DNA of 31,376 nt from the NCBI GenBank assembly GCA_009927565.1, contig RFMT01000382.1, forward strand, positions 1 to 31,376. The letters run 5' to 3'. Below are positions 1 to 9,140 of the stretch, piece by piece (positions within the stretch are counted from its first letter, which is position 1; every line of letters starts with the position of its first letter). This DNA is from Acidimicrobiia bacterium (GTDB lineage: Bacteria > Actinomycetota > Acidimicrobiia > Acidimicrobiales > Ilumatobacteraceae). The position numbers and the translations under genes were made by a program. The notes below the pieces were generated by a model. The model saw only the letters and a list, made by a program, of their open reading frames with translations, did no database searches and was not told where the DNA came from.

Positions 1-2
1 TT

Positions 3-83
3 GAAATCATCGGCAAGATGCAAAAGGCATCTTTGCAACTCGAACCCGTTCTCGACCCATCGGGTTCGCGCATGCGCGCCTAG
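3..83 (+). CDS. C-terminal fragment of a GcvT-family FAD-dependent (dimethylglycine/sarcosine dehydrogenase-like) oxidoreductase, truncated by the window edge
   Basis: Frame 3 reads EIIGKMQKASLQLEPVLDPSGSRMRA* (TAG 81-83). This matches the C-termini of the two paralogues in this window (EIFGERKKATVGQEPLFDPRNERLRS*, EVAGERISATASLDPFYDPKSLRVKS*). Its stop shares the CTAG at 80-83 with the convergent ATPase stop. Confidence 0.75.
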   Translation, partial: EIIGKMQKASLQLEPVLDPSGSRMRA

Positions 84-2107
84 TTTTGTAGTTGCTTTAG
101 TTTTGCCACCGGCACGTGGCAACGCATGAAGTGACCGGGTTCGACCTCGGTCAAATTTGGCTCTTCAGTTTCGCAGAGCGTCTCGTAACCCGAACCAGCT
201 TTTCGCGGGCACCTTGGGTTCAACACGCATCCACTTGGTGGATTACTCGGGCTTGGCACGACGCCAGTCAGCGGTATTCGCTTGCGCGTCGACCCATCGA
301 TATTCGGCACCGATGACAACAGCGCCTCGGTATACGGGTGGAATGGTCCACTGAACACACGCTGCGAAGTACCAAACTCGACAACACGACCCAAATAGAG
401 CACGGCGATCTTGTCAGAGATATACCGCACCACGCCTAAGTCGTGTGAAATGAAGATGAAACTTGTCTGATCTTTTTTCTGCAAGTCGACCAGCAAATTC
501 AGAATTGCAGCCTGAACCGAAACGTCGAGTGCTGACGTCGGCTCATCACACACAACAATTTGAGGCGCGCCAGCAAACGCGCGAGCAATTGCAACGCGCT
601 GCTTCAAGCCACCAGATAATTGCACTGGTCGCACGCTATGAAGCGAAGCATCGACACGCATGCCTGACAAAAGTTCTTGAGCGCGCGCAATCGCCGCGGT
701 CAAACTGAATTTACGCAATCTCTCTACTGCTCGGCTCACAATTCGTGTCACACTATGGCGCCGGTTTAGAGCCTGATCAGGATTCTGAAAGACGATCTGC
801 ATTGCTCCGACGTCCGCTACATCGCGATGACTCAATGTTTTTGCCAGACCTTTGCCGTCAAGTGTGACAACTCCACCTTCTTCAGGTGGTGTTAAACCAA
901 GCACGAGTTTGGCGATTGTTGTTTTACCAGAGCCTGACTCGCCCACCAAGCCAAGTGTTTCGCCAAAACCTAGCGTCAGCGAAACATCATTGATGACACG
1001 AACCTTGCTGCCGTCTTGATTGAAAACTTTCGACAGATGACTGATATTCAACAACGTGTCGCCGACTTGAGCCTTGTGGCCTGTCGACTGAGGTGCATAT
1101 TCAATTTGTTCAATCGAGCGTGGCATCGAGCCTGCTTTATCACTGTGAAAACAACGCGCTACATGCGAACCAATAATCGTCACCATCTCGGGCAATGCTG
1201 TTCGACATTTGTCATCGGCTAATGAGCATCGCGCGGCAAAAACACAGCCGTCGAAGTTTGTGCCGAGTGCCGGCGGCGTACCAGGAATTGTGTCTAAGCG
1301 ATCGGTACTCTTATGCAAACCACCACGCGGGATACATCGCAACAAGCCGACCGTATACGGGTGACTTGGACTGGAGAATAGTTCTGATGTGGCGCCTTGC
1401 TCGACAAGCGCGCCTGCATAAAGCACACCTACTCGGTCGCACATATTGCGAATAACCCCGAGGTTATGGCTAATGAACAAAACTGCGGTGCCGGTGTCGC
1501 GTCGCAATTCACGAACCAGATCGAGAACTTCGGCTTCAACAGTTGCGTCAAGGCCTGTTGTTGGTTCATCCATGACCAACAACCGTGGATTCGACGCCAA
1601 TGCCATCGCGATAACCACGCGCTGAGCCATGCCACCCGACAATTGATGTGCATAGCGTCGCAGAACTCGCGCAGGGTCGGCGATCTGAACTTTGGTCAGT
1701 GCTTGCTCAGCCATCATCATTGCATCAGAACTTGAAACGCCGTTTAGTTCGAATACTTCGGCGATCTGCTTGCCGACGCGGATAGTCGGATTCAGCGCCG
1801 TTGCCGGGTTTTGATAGACCATCGAAATCGCCGATCGACGAAGTTTGGCGACCTCATCATCGTTGATATCAACAATGTCTTTGCCTTCAAAGAGAATCGA
1901 ACCCTTGGTTATTTTGCCATTGCGCGGCAGATAACGCATTGCCGCAAACGCCGCAGTCGACTTGCCACAACCCGATTCGCCCACCAACCCATATGCCTCG
2001 CCAGGGGCGATAGAAAACGAAACACCACGCAAAACCTGTCGGTCGATGCCGCGCACGGTGTAGGCAACTTCAAGGTTGCGTAGTTCAAGTGTTGGCGTTG
2101 TGGTCAT
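80..2107 (-). CDS. Dipeptide/oligopeptide ABC transporter ATP-binding protein, fused double ATPase (DppD-DppF type)
   Basis: Two Walker A motifs (GESGCGKS, GESGSGKT), two signatures (LSGGMAQR, LSGGLKQR), two Walker B motifs (MDEPT, CDEPT), and Cys-rich C-terminal oligopeptide-ATPase tails (HPYT...GC.F..RC). Confidence 0.95.
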   Translation of the reverse strand: MTTTPTLELRNLEVAYTVRGIDRQVLRGVSFSIAPGEAYGLVGESGCGKSTAAFAAMRYLPRNGKITKGSILFEGKDIVDINDDEVAKLRRSAISMVYQNPATALNPTIRVGKQIAEVFELNGVSSSDAMMMAEQALTKVQIADPARVLRRYAHQLSGGMAQRVVIAMALASNPRLLVMDEPTTGLDATVEAEVLDLVRELRRDTGTAVLFISHNLGVIRNMCDRVGVLYAGALVEQGATSELFSSPSHPYTVGLLRCIPRGGLHKSTDRLDTIPGTPPALGTNFDGCVFAARCSLADDKCRTALPEMVTIIGSHVARCFHSDKAGSMPRSIEQIEYAPQSTGHKAQVGDTLLNISHLSKVFNQDGSKVRVINDVSLTLGFGETLGLVGESGSGKTTIAKLVLGLTPPEEGGVVTLDGKGLAKTLSHRDVADVGAMQIVFQNPDQALNRRHSVTRIVSRAVERLRKFSLTAAIARAQELLSGMRVDASLHSVRPVQLSGGLKQRVAIARAFAGAPQIVVCDEPTSALDVSVQAAILNLLVDLQKKDQTSFIFISHDLGVVRYISDKIAVLYLGRVVEFGTSQRVFSGPFHPYTEALLSSVPNIDGSTRKRIPLTGVVPSPSNPPSGCVLNPRCPRKAGSGYETLCETEEPNLTEVEPGHFMRCHVPVAKLKQLQN

Positions 2108-2966
2108 AATTCAAAGACCTCGAGCAAGGCGTCAGAGATCAAGTTAATGCTCACAGCAACCGAGGCAATCGCCAGTGACGGAAACAGCGTCGGCCACCAA
2201 ACGTTTGTAAAAATCAACGACCAAGTGTCAGCCACTTGGGTTCCCCAGTCTGGCGAACCGGCTTCAAGACCGGCACCCAAAAACGAAAGCGTCGCCACGG
2301 CGAAAATCGCGTAGCCAAGTCGCACAGTGAATTCGACGATCAAAGTCGGCAATACGTTTGGCAGAACTTCTCGAAACAGGATGTGCGCAGTCTTTTCAGT
2401 GCGCAACTTTGCCGCTGCAACATATTCAAGTTCTGACTCGCCCAACACCGCAGCACGAACAGTGCGCGCCACATTTGGTGTAAAAATAAAACCAATTATC
2501 AGAATCGTGATAATTGATGAAGATCTACCGATTGCGGCAACGGCCAACAACGCAATGATGATCACCGGAATGGCCGAGATCGCTTCAAGTATCCGCATCA
2601 AGACCATGTCGAACTTGCCTTTTAGATAACCGGCAGCCAAACCAAGAGACGCACCAAGAAAGGCGCCCAAAAGTGTCGCAAGAAATGAGATCACGATGAT
2701 GATTCGCGAGCCGACAATTACGCGCGAGTAAACATCTCGCCCGTTGCTGTCGGTACCGAACCAATATTTAGCAGACGGCGCAGAGTTGATGTACTCATAA
2801 TCCATGAAGTCTTGGTCATAACGAGCAATCAGCTTTCCGAAAATTGCACTGAACACCCAGAAAGCCAGAATTGAGGCGCCGACGATAAATGCCTTGTTCT
2901 TTTTGAGAACTGCAATTCGCTCACTGAGAACCGTTTGTTGGCTTGCTTCGAAGTTTCGTCGGTCAT
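2104..2966 (-). CDS. ABC transporter permease (DppC/OppC type) with an apparent 1-nt frameshift near 2934-2936
   Basis: FGTDSNGRDVYSR and EAA-loop (EYVAAAKLR..) motifs. The natural ATG at 2966 overlaps the upstream stop (ATGA) and reads MTDETSKQANK. Adding one base in the A3 run joins it to TVLSERIAVLKKNKAFIVGASILAFWVF and the 2104-2856 ORF. Confidence 0.88.
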
Positions 2967-3919
2967 TCTGTCACCTTTTGTCGAATTCGCGGATTAAGAA
3001 CCGCAAACAAAATGTCGGCAATCAATTGAAAGACGATAATTACCACACCCGTAAGAAACACTGCAGTCTGCAACAACGGAAAGTCTCGTGCAATAACAGC
3101 GTCAAGCAGAATGTTGCCAAAACCGGGGTAATTGAAAACTCGTTCAATTGCGATCAAGCCACCCGCCAGGTAAGGCACTTGGGTTGCGATTACTGCGATC
3201 GTCGGCAAGAGTGCATTTCGCAAGACGTGTTTGAACACCGCCGTCTTTCTCGACAAGCCCTTTAACACGGCTGTTCGCATGTAGTCAGAATCAAGGGCCT
3301 CAATAACGCCTGCACGGGTGATTCTCGAGATGTAGCCGAACAACACGAACAGCAATGCAATCGACGGCAAAATTAAGTGATAAACACTGCTGACCAGATT
3401 TGGGTTCTCTTCATCGGGAAACGCCGAAACCGGAAATGCCCGAATTGCAACACCAAACACAAGAATCAAAACAACTGCCCAAACAAACTCTGGAATCACA
3501 GCAGCAGACAGACCACCGACAGTCAGGGCACGATCAACTTTTTTGCCTCGATTCATCGCCGCGGCGATGCCACCCAGAATGCTGATTGGGGCAATCAAAA
3601 GCAGCGCGACAATCGCCAATTGGGCAGACTTGCTGGCTGCCGGGGCCAGAATCTCTGAAACTGGCATTTCATACTGCAACGAAGTACCGAGATCACCAGT
3701 CAATACTCCGCCCATCCAGCGGCCGTATTGAACCACAAGCGGTTTATCAAAGCCTTTTTCTTTGTTCCAAATCTCGAAAGCCTCTGGAGTCGCATCTCGA
3801 CCAAGAATTTGCTTGGCAATGTCACCTGGCATGATCGACGTCATCAAAAACACGATCAACGAGACAATGACGAGCGTCAAGACCGAAAGCCCGATTCGCT
3901 TGACGATAAATCTCAACAT
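2963..3919 (-). CDS. ABC transporter permease (DppB/OppB type)
   Basis: Likely start MLRFIVKRIG at ATG 3919. Contains the GDLGTS and DYMRTAVLKGL (EAA loop), HVLRNA and RDFPLLQ motifs and several TM segments. Confidence 0.93.
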   Translation of the reverse strand: MLRFIVKRIGLSVLTLVIVSLIVFLMTSIMPGDIAKQILGRDATPEAFEIWNKEKGFDKPLVVQYGRWMGGVLTGDLGTSLQYEMPVSEILAPAASKSAQLAIVALLLIAPISILGGIAAAMNRGKKVDRALTVGGLSAAVIPEFVWAVVLILVFGVAIRAFPVSAFPDEENPNLVSSVYHLILPSIALLFVLFGYISRITRAGVIEALDSDYMRTAVLKGLSRKTAVFKHVLRNALLPTIAVIATQVPYLAGGLIAIERVFNYPGFGNILLDAVIARDFPLLQTAVFLTGVVIIVFQLIADILFAVLNPRIRQKVTE

Positions 3920-3962
3920 AGAAATTTTAAGTTTAGCAAAATCATTTAGATCGTCTTTTCCC

Positions 3963-3997
3963 AAAAAGAAAGACCGGCCTGGTTACCCAGGCCGGTC
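3963..3997 (-). terminator. Intrinsic terminator or stabilising hairpin between the binding-protein gene and the permeases
   Basis: Perfect 11-bp stem GACCGGCCTGG/CCAGGCCGGTC (3972-3997). The loop reads GTAA (GNRA) on the minus strand and is followed by TTTCTTTTT. Confidence 0.85.
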
Positions 3998-4029
3998 GTT
4001 CTATTAATTTTATTTGATCAATTTCGCAA

Positions 4030-5646
4030 TTAAGCGTTTGTACCTGAACTCCAGTTTGCACCTTGCTGGTTGAACTCGACACCCTTCACCTTGTTCGAAG
4101 TTACCGAAACGCGAGTTTCGTTGTAAACAATGATGATCGGTGTGTACTTGAGCGATGCCTTCTGAATTAATGAACTCGCAGCCTTTTTCTTGGCTGGAGT
4201 CAAAGCCGATGTCCATGCATCAACTGCTGCGTCAAGCTCTGGCGCATCGAGGTAGTGCGGGTTCCAGTCACCGGTTGACTTCCACTCACGAACGAGGTAC
4301 TCGTCTGGAGTTGGACGACCAGCCCATTCGGCAATACCGAATTCGCTAGCAAGCCATTCACCTTTGTTGGCGACCTTCGAACCCTTGACCGATGGGTAAA
4401 CCGAGTAGGCGTACCATCGTGCGCCACCTCCGTCTGAGCCGTCAAGGTCAACTGTTACGTCAATGCCGATTTCTTTGCATGACGACTTGACAAATTGTGT
4501 GAACTTGTCGATGTCATCGCGCTTCCAACTCTGAAGAGTTACTTTGAAGCCGTTCGGCACGCCTGCTTCTGCAAGAAGTGCTTTTGCACGAGCGAGATCT
4601 TTTTTACGCTGTGGCACTGACTTGTCTGCAGTTGGGAACGAGTCCATTACCGAGTCGTTGGCAAGCAATGCGTAACCACCAAGAACGCCCTTGATGTAAG
4701 CGACGCGGTCGAGTGACAGTGCGATCGCTTCGCGAACGCGCTTGTCAGTCAACTGACCAATGTCGGCACGCATGTGCATGTGGAGACCACCGCACGTTGG
4801 CACCAACGTCTTGTAGAACTTCGACTTTGGAAGCGTGTCTGCCTCATTGCCGTAAAGCAAGTGAATCGAGTCGAGCTTGCCAGTCTTCAACGCTGGAATC
4901 GCGGCGCTCTGTGAAACGTATTGGATCTGCTCCATTGTTTCGAACGACGGAATCTGAGCCTTGTCGAAATAGTCTGTGTTGCGCTTGAAAACGGTCTTTT
5001 CATTGACCTTGTGCGAAACCATAATCCACTTGCCGGTGCCATTCATTTTGGCGATCCATGACTCGTCACCCTTCGCGCCATTCTTCAACATAAGCAAGCC
5101 GTAGTTCGAGCTTGAAACTGCGAATGGGAAGTTGGCGTTTGCCTTCTTCAAGTCAAAGCGAACTGTCGTCGCGTTTACTTTGACACAGTCAGAAACGTCA
5201 CCAATACGGGCCGCTGATTGCGACTTGTTTGCAGGGTTGAGGTGCGACTTGATTGTGTAAACAACATCGTCTGCTGTAAGCGCCGAACCATCATGGAACT
5301 TCACATCTGTGCGAATTGTGAATGTCCAGGTCTGACCGCCGTTCGAACCTTTCCAACTCGTGGCGACGCTTGGCTTGAGTTCACCAGAAGGTGCAACATC
5401 GCAAAGCCATGAACCTACTGCGTTGAGAATGCCGAGCGAACCACCTTTGGTCATCCACGGGCAAGCCGGGCCTTCTTGAGCCTGTGCTGCGTATCTGAAA
5501 ACTTTGCCAGCCGCACCGACCGATGATCCACCGATCATTTGAGCAAACGGTACTGCGACGCCCGTTGCTGCTGCTGCCTGAATGAAATGACGTCGCGACA
5601 AACCATTTGTCGAAACTTCATTCGTTGTTTGCTCAATTGTTGACAT
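4030..5646 (-). CDS. ABC transporter substrate-binding protein, family 5, Tat-exported
   Basis: Twin-arginine motif SRRHFIQ; family-5 motifs TWTFTIRTDVKFHDGSALTADDVVYT, GTGKW and DKRVREAIALSLDR. Confidence 0.93.
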   Translation of the reverse strand: MSTIEQTTNEVSTNGLSRRHFIQAAAATGVAVPFAQMIGGSSVGAAGKVFRYAAQAQEGPACPWMTKGGSLGILNAVGSWLCDVAPSGELKPSVATSWKGSNGGQTWTFTIRTDVKFHDGSALTADDVVYTIKSHLNPANKSQSAARIGDVSDCVKVNATTVRFDLKKANANFPFAVSSSNYGLLMLKNGAKGDESWIAKMNGTGKWIMVSHKVNEKTVFKRNTDYFDKAQIPSFETMEQIQYVSQSAAIPALKTGKLDSIHLLYGNEADTLPKSKFYKTLVPTCGGLHMHMRADIGQLTDKRVREAIALSLDRVAYIKGVLGGYALLANDSVMDSFPTADKSVPQRKKDLARAKALLAEAGVPNGFKVTLQSWKRDDIDKFTQFVKSSCKEIGIDVTVDLDGSDGGGARWYAYSVYPSVKGSKVANKGEWLASEFGIAEWAGRPTPDEYLVREWKSTGDWNPHYLDAPELDAAVDAWTSALTPAKKKAASSLIQKASLKYTPIIIVYNETRVSVTSNKVKGVEFNQQGANWSSGTNA

Positions 5647-5722
5647 TTGTTCCCCTTGTTTTTTGGATAATTGAATTCGGTGCTTTGTTACTCAACGCCC
5701 GGTCCCACCAAACCGTCTCATT

Positions 5723-5752
5723 ACTATATGTCAAACGACACAGTCCCGCAAA
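5723..5752 (-). promoter_or_regulatory. Putative sigma70-type promoter of the ABC operon, with an inverted repeat in the spacer
   Basis: The minus strand reads TTGCGG-N18-TATAGT. TGTC-AAAC-GACA (5729-5740) lies between the two boxes. Confidence 0.4.
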
Positions 5753-5837
5753 CCACGACTTTGCAATTCGCCAAGTCAACGACCTGTCCAGGTAGGCGTT
5801 AAATCTCAGGTTTTCGTGCGCTTGTGAATGCCCGAAC

Positions 5838-6752
5838 TTAGGCGCTGACCTGGTCTGAGGCCATCTTGGCGCCAACCTTACCGATTCGCTCAATTCGCTT
5901 GAATAACGCTTCCCGTGCCTTCTCGGCCTCGTCAGTCAAGCCCGTAAGTTGCTCAAGTTTCCAATGACGCATAATGACTGGCTGCAAGATCTGGTCGTGG
6001 TGAATTAACAAATCATAAATTCCGACCCGAGCAATTTCGCGCGAAAGCCGCTCAAAGTCAGGAATGCCCGTGCCTGGCATTGCAAAGGTTCGAACGGCAC
6101 GCTCGATGCCTATCACCATGTTCGATGGATCGACTGCGATCGCTGCGGTTGTTAGATCACGATAAAACAAATAGTGCAAGTTTTCGTCGTTGCCGACTCG
6201 CGACATGATCGCTTCGCCAACTTCGTCTTGCATCATTTTGCCCGTGTTGCGATGTGCGATGCGAGTAGCGAGTTCTTGCATACTTAAGTAAGCGATCGCC
6301 TCGTACAAGTCGAGTGGCGCTGGCACTTCACCGCCACGGACTTGTTGCATGCGTCCGCGTTCAAGTGCTACCGGATCAATAGCCCGTGTAACAGTCAGAT
6401 AGTCGCGAATGACAATTGAGTGGCGACCTTCTTCAGCCGTCCAGTTGCGTCCCCATTCTCCATATACGCCGTCGTTGCCGAATAGCGAGTTAATGTCGCG
6501 AAAGTAATAAGGAAGATTGTCTTCGGTCAAAAGATTTACGAACAATGATCCACGAACTGCATCTGACATCTTGATTTCGTTATCACCGAAGTCTGAATCG
6601 TTTTCCGACCACTGCTTACCTGGTTCAAAATCTTTGCCACGACTGTACGGCACCAATTCGTGTGGAAACCATTCTTTTGCGACACCCAAATGACGATTGA
6701 GCAAATCAGCCGCAACAGGTTCGATCTCTTTTAAAAGTATTCTTTCGTCCAC
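5838..6752 (-). CDS. desA: Acyl-ACP desaturase (soluble di-iron, ferritin-like; mycobacterial DesA1 type)
   Basis: Di-iron ligand motifs LLTEDNLP, WTAEEGRH, QELAT and DENLH; N-terminal EWFPHELVP motif. Confidence 0.92.
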   Translation of the reverse strand: MDERILLKEIEPVAADLLNRHLGVAKEWFPHELVPYSRGKDFEPGKQWSENDSDFGDNEIKMSDAVRGSLFVNLLTEDNLPYYFRDINSLFGNDGVYGEWGRNWTAEEGRHSIVIRDYLTVTRAIDPVALERGRMQQVRGGEVPAPLDLYEAIAYLSMQELATRIAHRNTGKMMQDEVGEAIMSRVGNDENLHYLFYRDLTTAAIAVDPSNMVIGIERAVRTFAMPGTGIPDFERLSREIARVGIYDLLIHHDQILQPVIMRHWKLEQLTGLTDEAEKAREALFKRIERIGKVGAKMASDQVSA

Positions 6753-6761
6753 GACTCAACC

Positions 6762-7610
6762 TTAACTTGCCAAACGATCAACAAGTCTCTTCAACGGAAT
6801 GTGATAGTCGTCAAGCAGTGTCAAGTTCGCCTTACACATTCTGGCGTTCTCGAGCACCGAATTAGCCGGGCGCTTCGCGGGGCGTTGCGGACGTAACTCT
6901 GAAGTCGCAATTGGCTGAACACGATTCGGGTCAAGTTCCGCTGCACGCAAAACATCTTGAGCAAAACCAAACCAACTAGTCGTACCTTGATTGGTGACAT
7001 GCCAAATACCCGGGCGCGACTGAGTGGCGAAATCGATTAAGATGGGTGCGACGTCGCTCGTAAAGGTTGGTGAGCCAATTTGATCATTTACGAATGTCAG
7101 CGTCGGACTTGTGGCTGCAAGTCGCAGAATTGTTTTGACCATGTTGTTGCCGTGCTCGCCGCAAACCCACGAAATACGAACCACCGAATCTTGACTCATA
7201 TCAAGTTGCTGCTCGCCCGCGAGTTTGCTCGCACCGTATACAGATTGAGGATTCGGCAAATCGCTCTCTATATAAGGTGTCGGCTTCGTGCCGTCAAAGA
7301 CGTAGTCGGTAGATACATATATGACTCGGGCGCCGACCTGACGAGCCGCACTAACTACGTTTGCAGTGCCGTCACAATTGATTGCCATCGCTTTTTTGAC
7401 ATCTGACTCACACGCATCTACCGCAGTCCATGCGGCCGCGTGAATTATTGCTTCGGGTTCCGCACCAACAATCTTTTGCGAAACCAGATCTCTATCAGTG
7501 ATGTCAAAATCAGCGTGGGATGTCGCAATTACGTCGAGCCCCGAATGTTTAGCACTTGCGACTAGATCGGTTCCAAGTTGTCCAGCACTACCGGTGATTA
7601 AGACTCTCAC
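6762..7610 (-). CDS. rmlD: dTDP-4-dehydrorhamnose reductase
   Basis: GSAGQLG, HAAAWTAVDACE, STDYVFDG, YGASK and DQIGSPT. The likely GTG start at 7610 overlaps the rmlB stop. Confidence 0.95.
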   Translation of the reverse strand: MRVLITGSAGQLGTDLVASAKHSGLDVIATSHADFDITDRDLVSQKIVGAEPEAIIHAAAWTAVDACESDVKKAMAINCDGTANVVSAARQVGARVIYVSTDYVFDGTKPTPYIESDLPNPQSVYGASKLAGEQQLDMSQDSVVRISWVCGEHGNNMVKTILRLAATSPTLTFVNDQIGSPTFTSDVAPILIDFATQSRPGIWHVTNQGTTSWFGFAQDVLRAAELDPNRVQPIATSELRPQRPAKRPANSVLENARMCKANLTLLDDYHIPLKRLVDRLAS

Positions 7611-8569
7611 TACTTTTTCGCTTTCAGCGGCTCCCACCACCAGCGATTGTCGCGATACCAATTCACCGTCGCCTCGAGAGCTTCGTCTAGTGAGCGAGTT
7701 CGTTTCCAGCCAAGTTGCGTGATCTTGGTGATGTCTACCGAGTAACGCCGATCGTGACCCAACCGGTCGGCTACATATTGCACACTTGATTCATCCTTGC
7801 CCAATAACGCCAAAAGTTTGTCGACCAGAACACGATTTGCGGTTTCGTTGCCTGCCCCGATGTTGTAAATCTCACCTGGCTTGCCGTGCTCAAGTGCGAG
7901 ATGAACACCCGCACAGTGGTCGTCGACATAGATCCAATCGCGTTCGTTGAGTCCGTCACCGTATAACGGTATTTTCTTGCCGTCGAGCAGGTTCGTGGTG
8001 AACAACGGAATTGCTTTTTCGGGATACTGAAAAGGCCCGAAATTATTTGTGCATCGAGTGACAACTACTGGCGTTCCGTGAGTTGAAAAATAAGACAGAG
8101 CGATTAAGTCGCTGCCGGCCTTTGATGCCGAATATGGACTTCTGGGTTCGAGTGGGTCGCCCTCGCGCGACGAGCCAGTTTCGACTGAACCGTAGACCTC
8201 GTCTGTGCCAATGTGCAGCACTCGAGCGATTTTCAATCTTCGAGCCGCATCAACAACGACGTTAGTGCCAAAACAATTTGTCAAAATAAAGTCTTCGCTG
8301 CCTGCGATTGACCTATCGACATGACTCTCAGCAGCAAAGTGCACGACAGCATCGTGACCAGCCATCGCTGATTCGACATCGCCCGGTTGACAAATATTGC
8401 CCTTTACAAATTTGAATCTCGGGCTGTCGTCGACATCTTTTAGTGTCGACAAGTTGCCGGCATAAGTTAGCGAGTCATATACGGTGACTTCGTGGTCGGT
8501 GTTCGCAAAAACCCAACGCACATAATTTGAGCCGATAAAACCGGCACCACCGGTTACAAAAATTTTCAT
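7610..8569 (-). CDS. rmlB: dTDP-glucose 4,6-dehydratase
   Basis: MKIFVTGGAGFIGS (ATG 8569), HFAAESHVDRSI, TDEVYG, YSASKA and DRLGHDRRY. Confidence 0.96.
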   Translation of the reverse strand: MKIFVTGGAGFIGSNYVRWVFANTDHEVTVYDSLTYAGNLSTLKDVDDSPRFKFVKGNICQPGDVESAMAGHDAVVHFAAESHVDRSIAGSEDFILTNCFGTNVVVDAARRLKIARVLHIGTDEVYGSVETGSSREGDPLEPRSPYSASKAGSDLIALSYFSTHGTPVVVTRCTNNFGPFQYPEKAIPLFTTNLLDGKKIPLYGDGLNERDWIYVDDHCAGVHLALEHGKPGEIYNIGAGNETANRVLVDKLLALLGKDESSVQYVADRLGHDRRYSVDITKITQLGWKRTRSLDEALEATVNWYRDNRWWWEPLKAKK

Positions 8570-8573
8570 CGAC

Positions 8574-9140
8574 TTATGTGCGCATCGGCCAGAACGGGCG
8601 AACCTGATCTTTGATCGCATCACGAGTCGGGTTAGCCGCATCGCGCTCTGACAAAATTGGTTTTGTAATACCCCAGTCGGCTTCTACGGCTTTGTCGTTA
8701 TAGGCCAAACCCAGTTCGTCTTTCGGGTTGTAGTAACTGTCGACCAAATAAGTAATTGTCATGTCGGTTAGCGATGCAAAACCGTGCGCGACGCCTGGCG
8801 GAATAAATATGCCTCGATGATCGTGCGTGCCGTCGGCCCGCGCACCAATATCGATTACCTGAGTCGCGCCATCCGTAGGCGAGCCGACTCGAAGATCGTG
8901 CAAGACGACGCGACACATACCGATCGGCACATACCAATAGTCGGCTTGATGCAGGTGATAGTGCAAACCAACGATGCAACCCGCCTGACGATCACCACGG
9001 TTACCCTGCAACATTTCGCGACCAAGTGGAAACCATTCGCGACGATATGTTTCGATAAAAATACCGCGCGAGTCGCCATGCATCTGCGGCTCAACGATTT
9101 GCACACCTTTAATCACGCTCGACTCGGTTATTTTGGCCAT
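8574..9140 (-). CDS. rmlC: dTDP-4-dehydrorhamnose 3,5-epimerase
   Basis: HGDSRGIFIETY, GLHYH, IPPGVAHGF and YLVDSYY motifs; position within the rml operon. Confidence 0.94.
   Translation of the reverse strand: MAKITESSVIKGVQIVEPQMHGDSRGIFIETYRREWFPLGREMLQGNRGDRQAGCIVGLHYHLHQADYWYVPIGMCRVVLHDLRVGSPTDGATQVIDIGARADGTHDHRGIFIPPGVAHGFASLTDMTITYLVDSYYNPKDELGLAYNDKAVEADWGITKPILSERDAANPTRDAIKDQVRPFWPMRT

Noticed and set aside
5647-5837. Riboswitch in the SBP leader (CTCAGG is reminiscent of a glycine aptamer)
   Set aside because: The motif is on the wrong strand for the SBP gene and the other conserved aptamer elements are missing.
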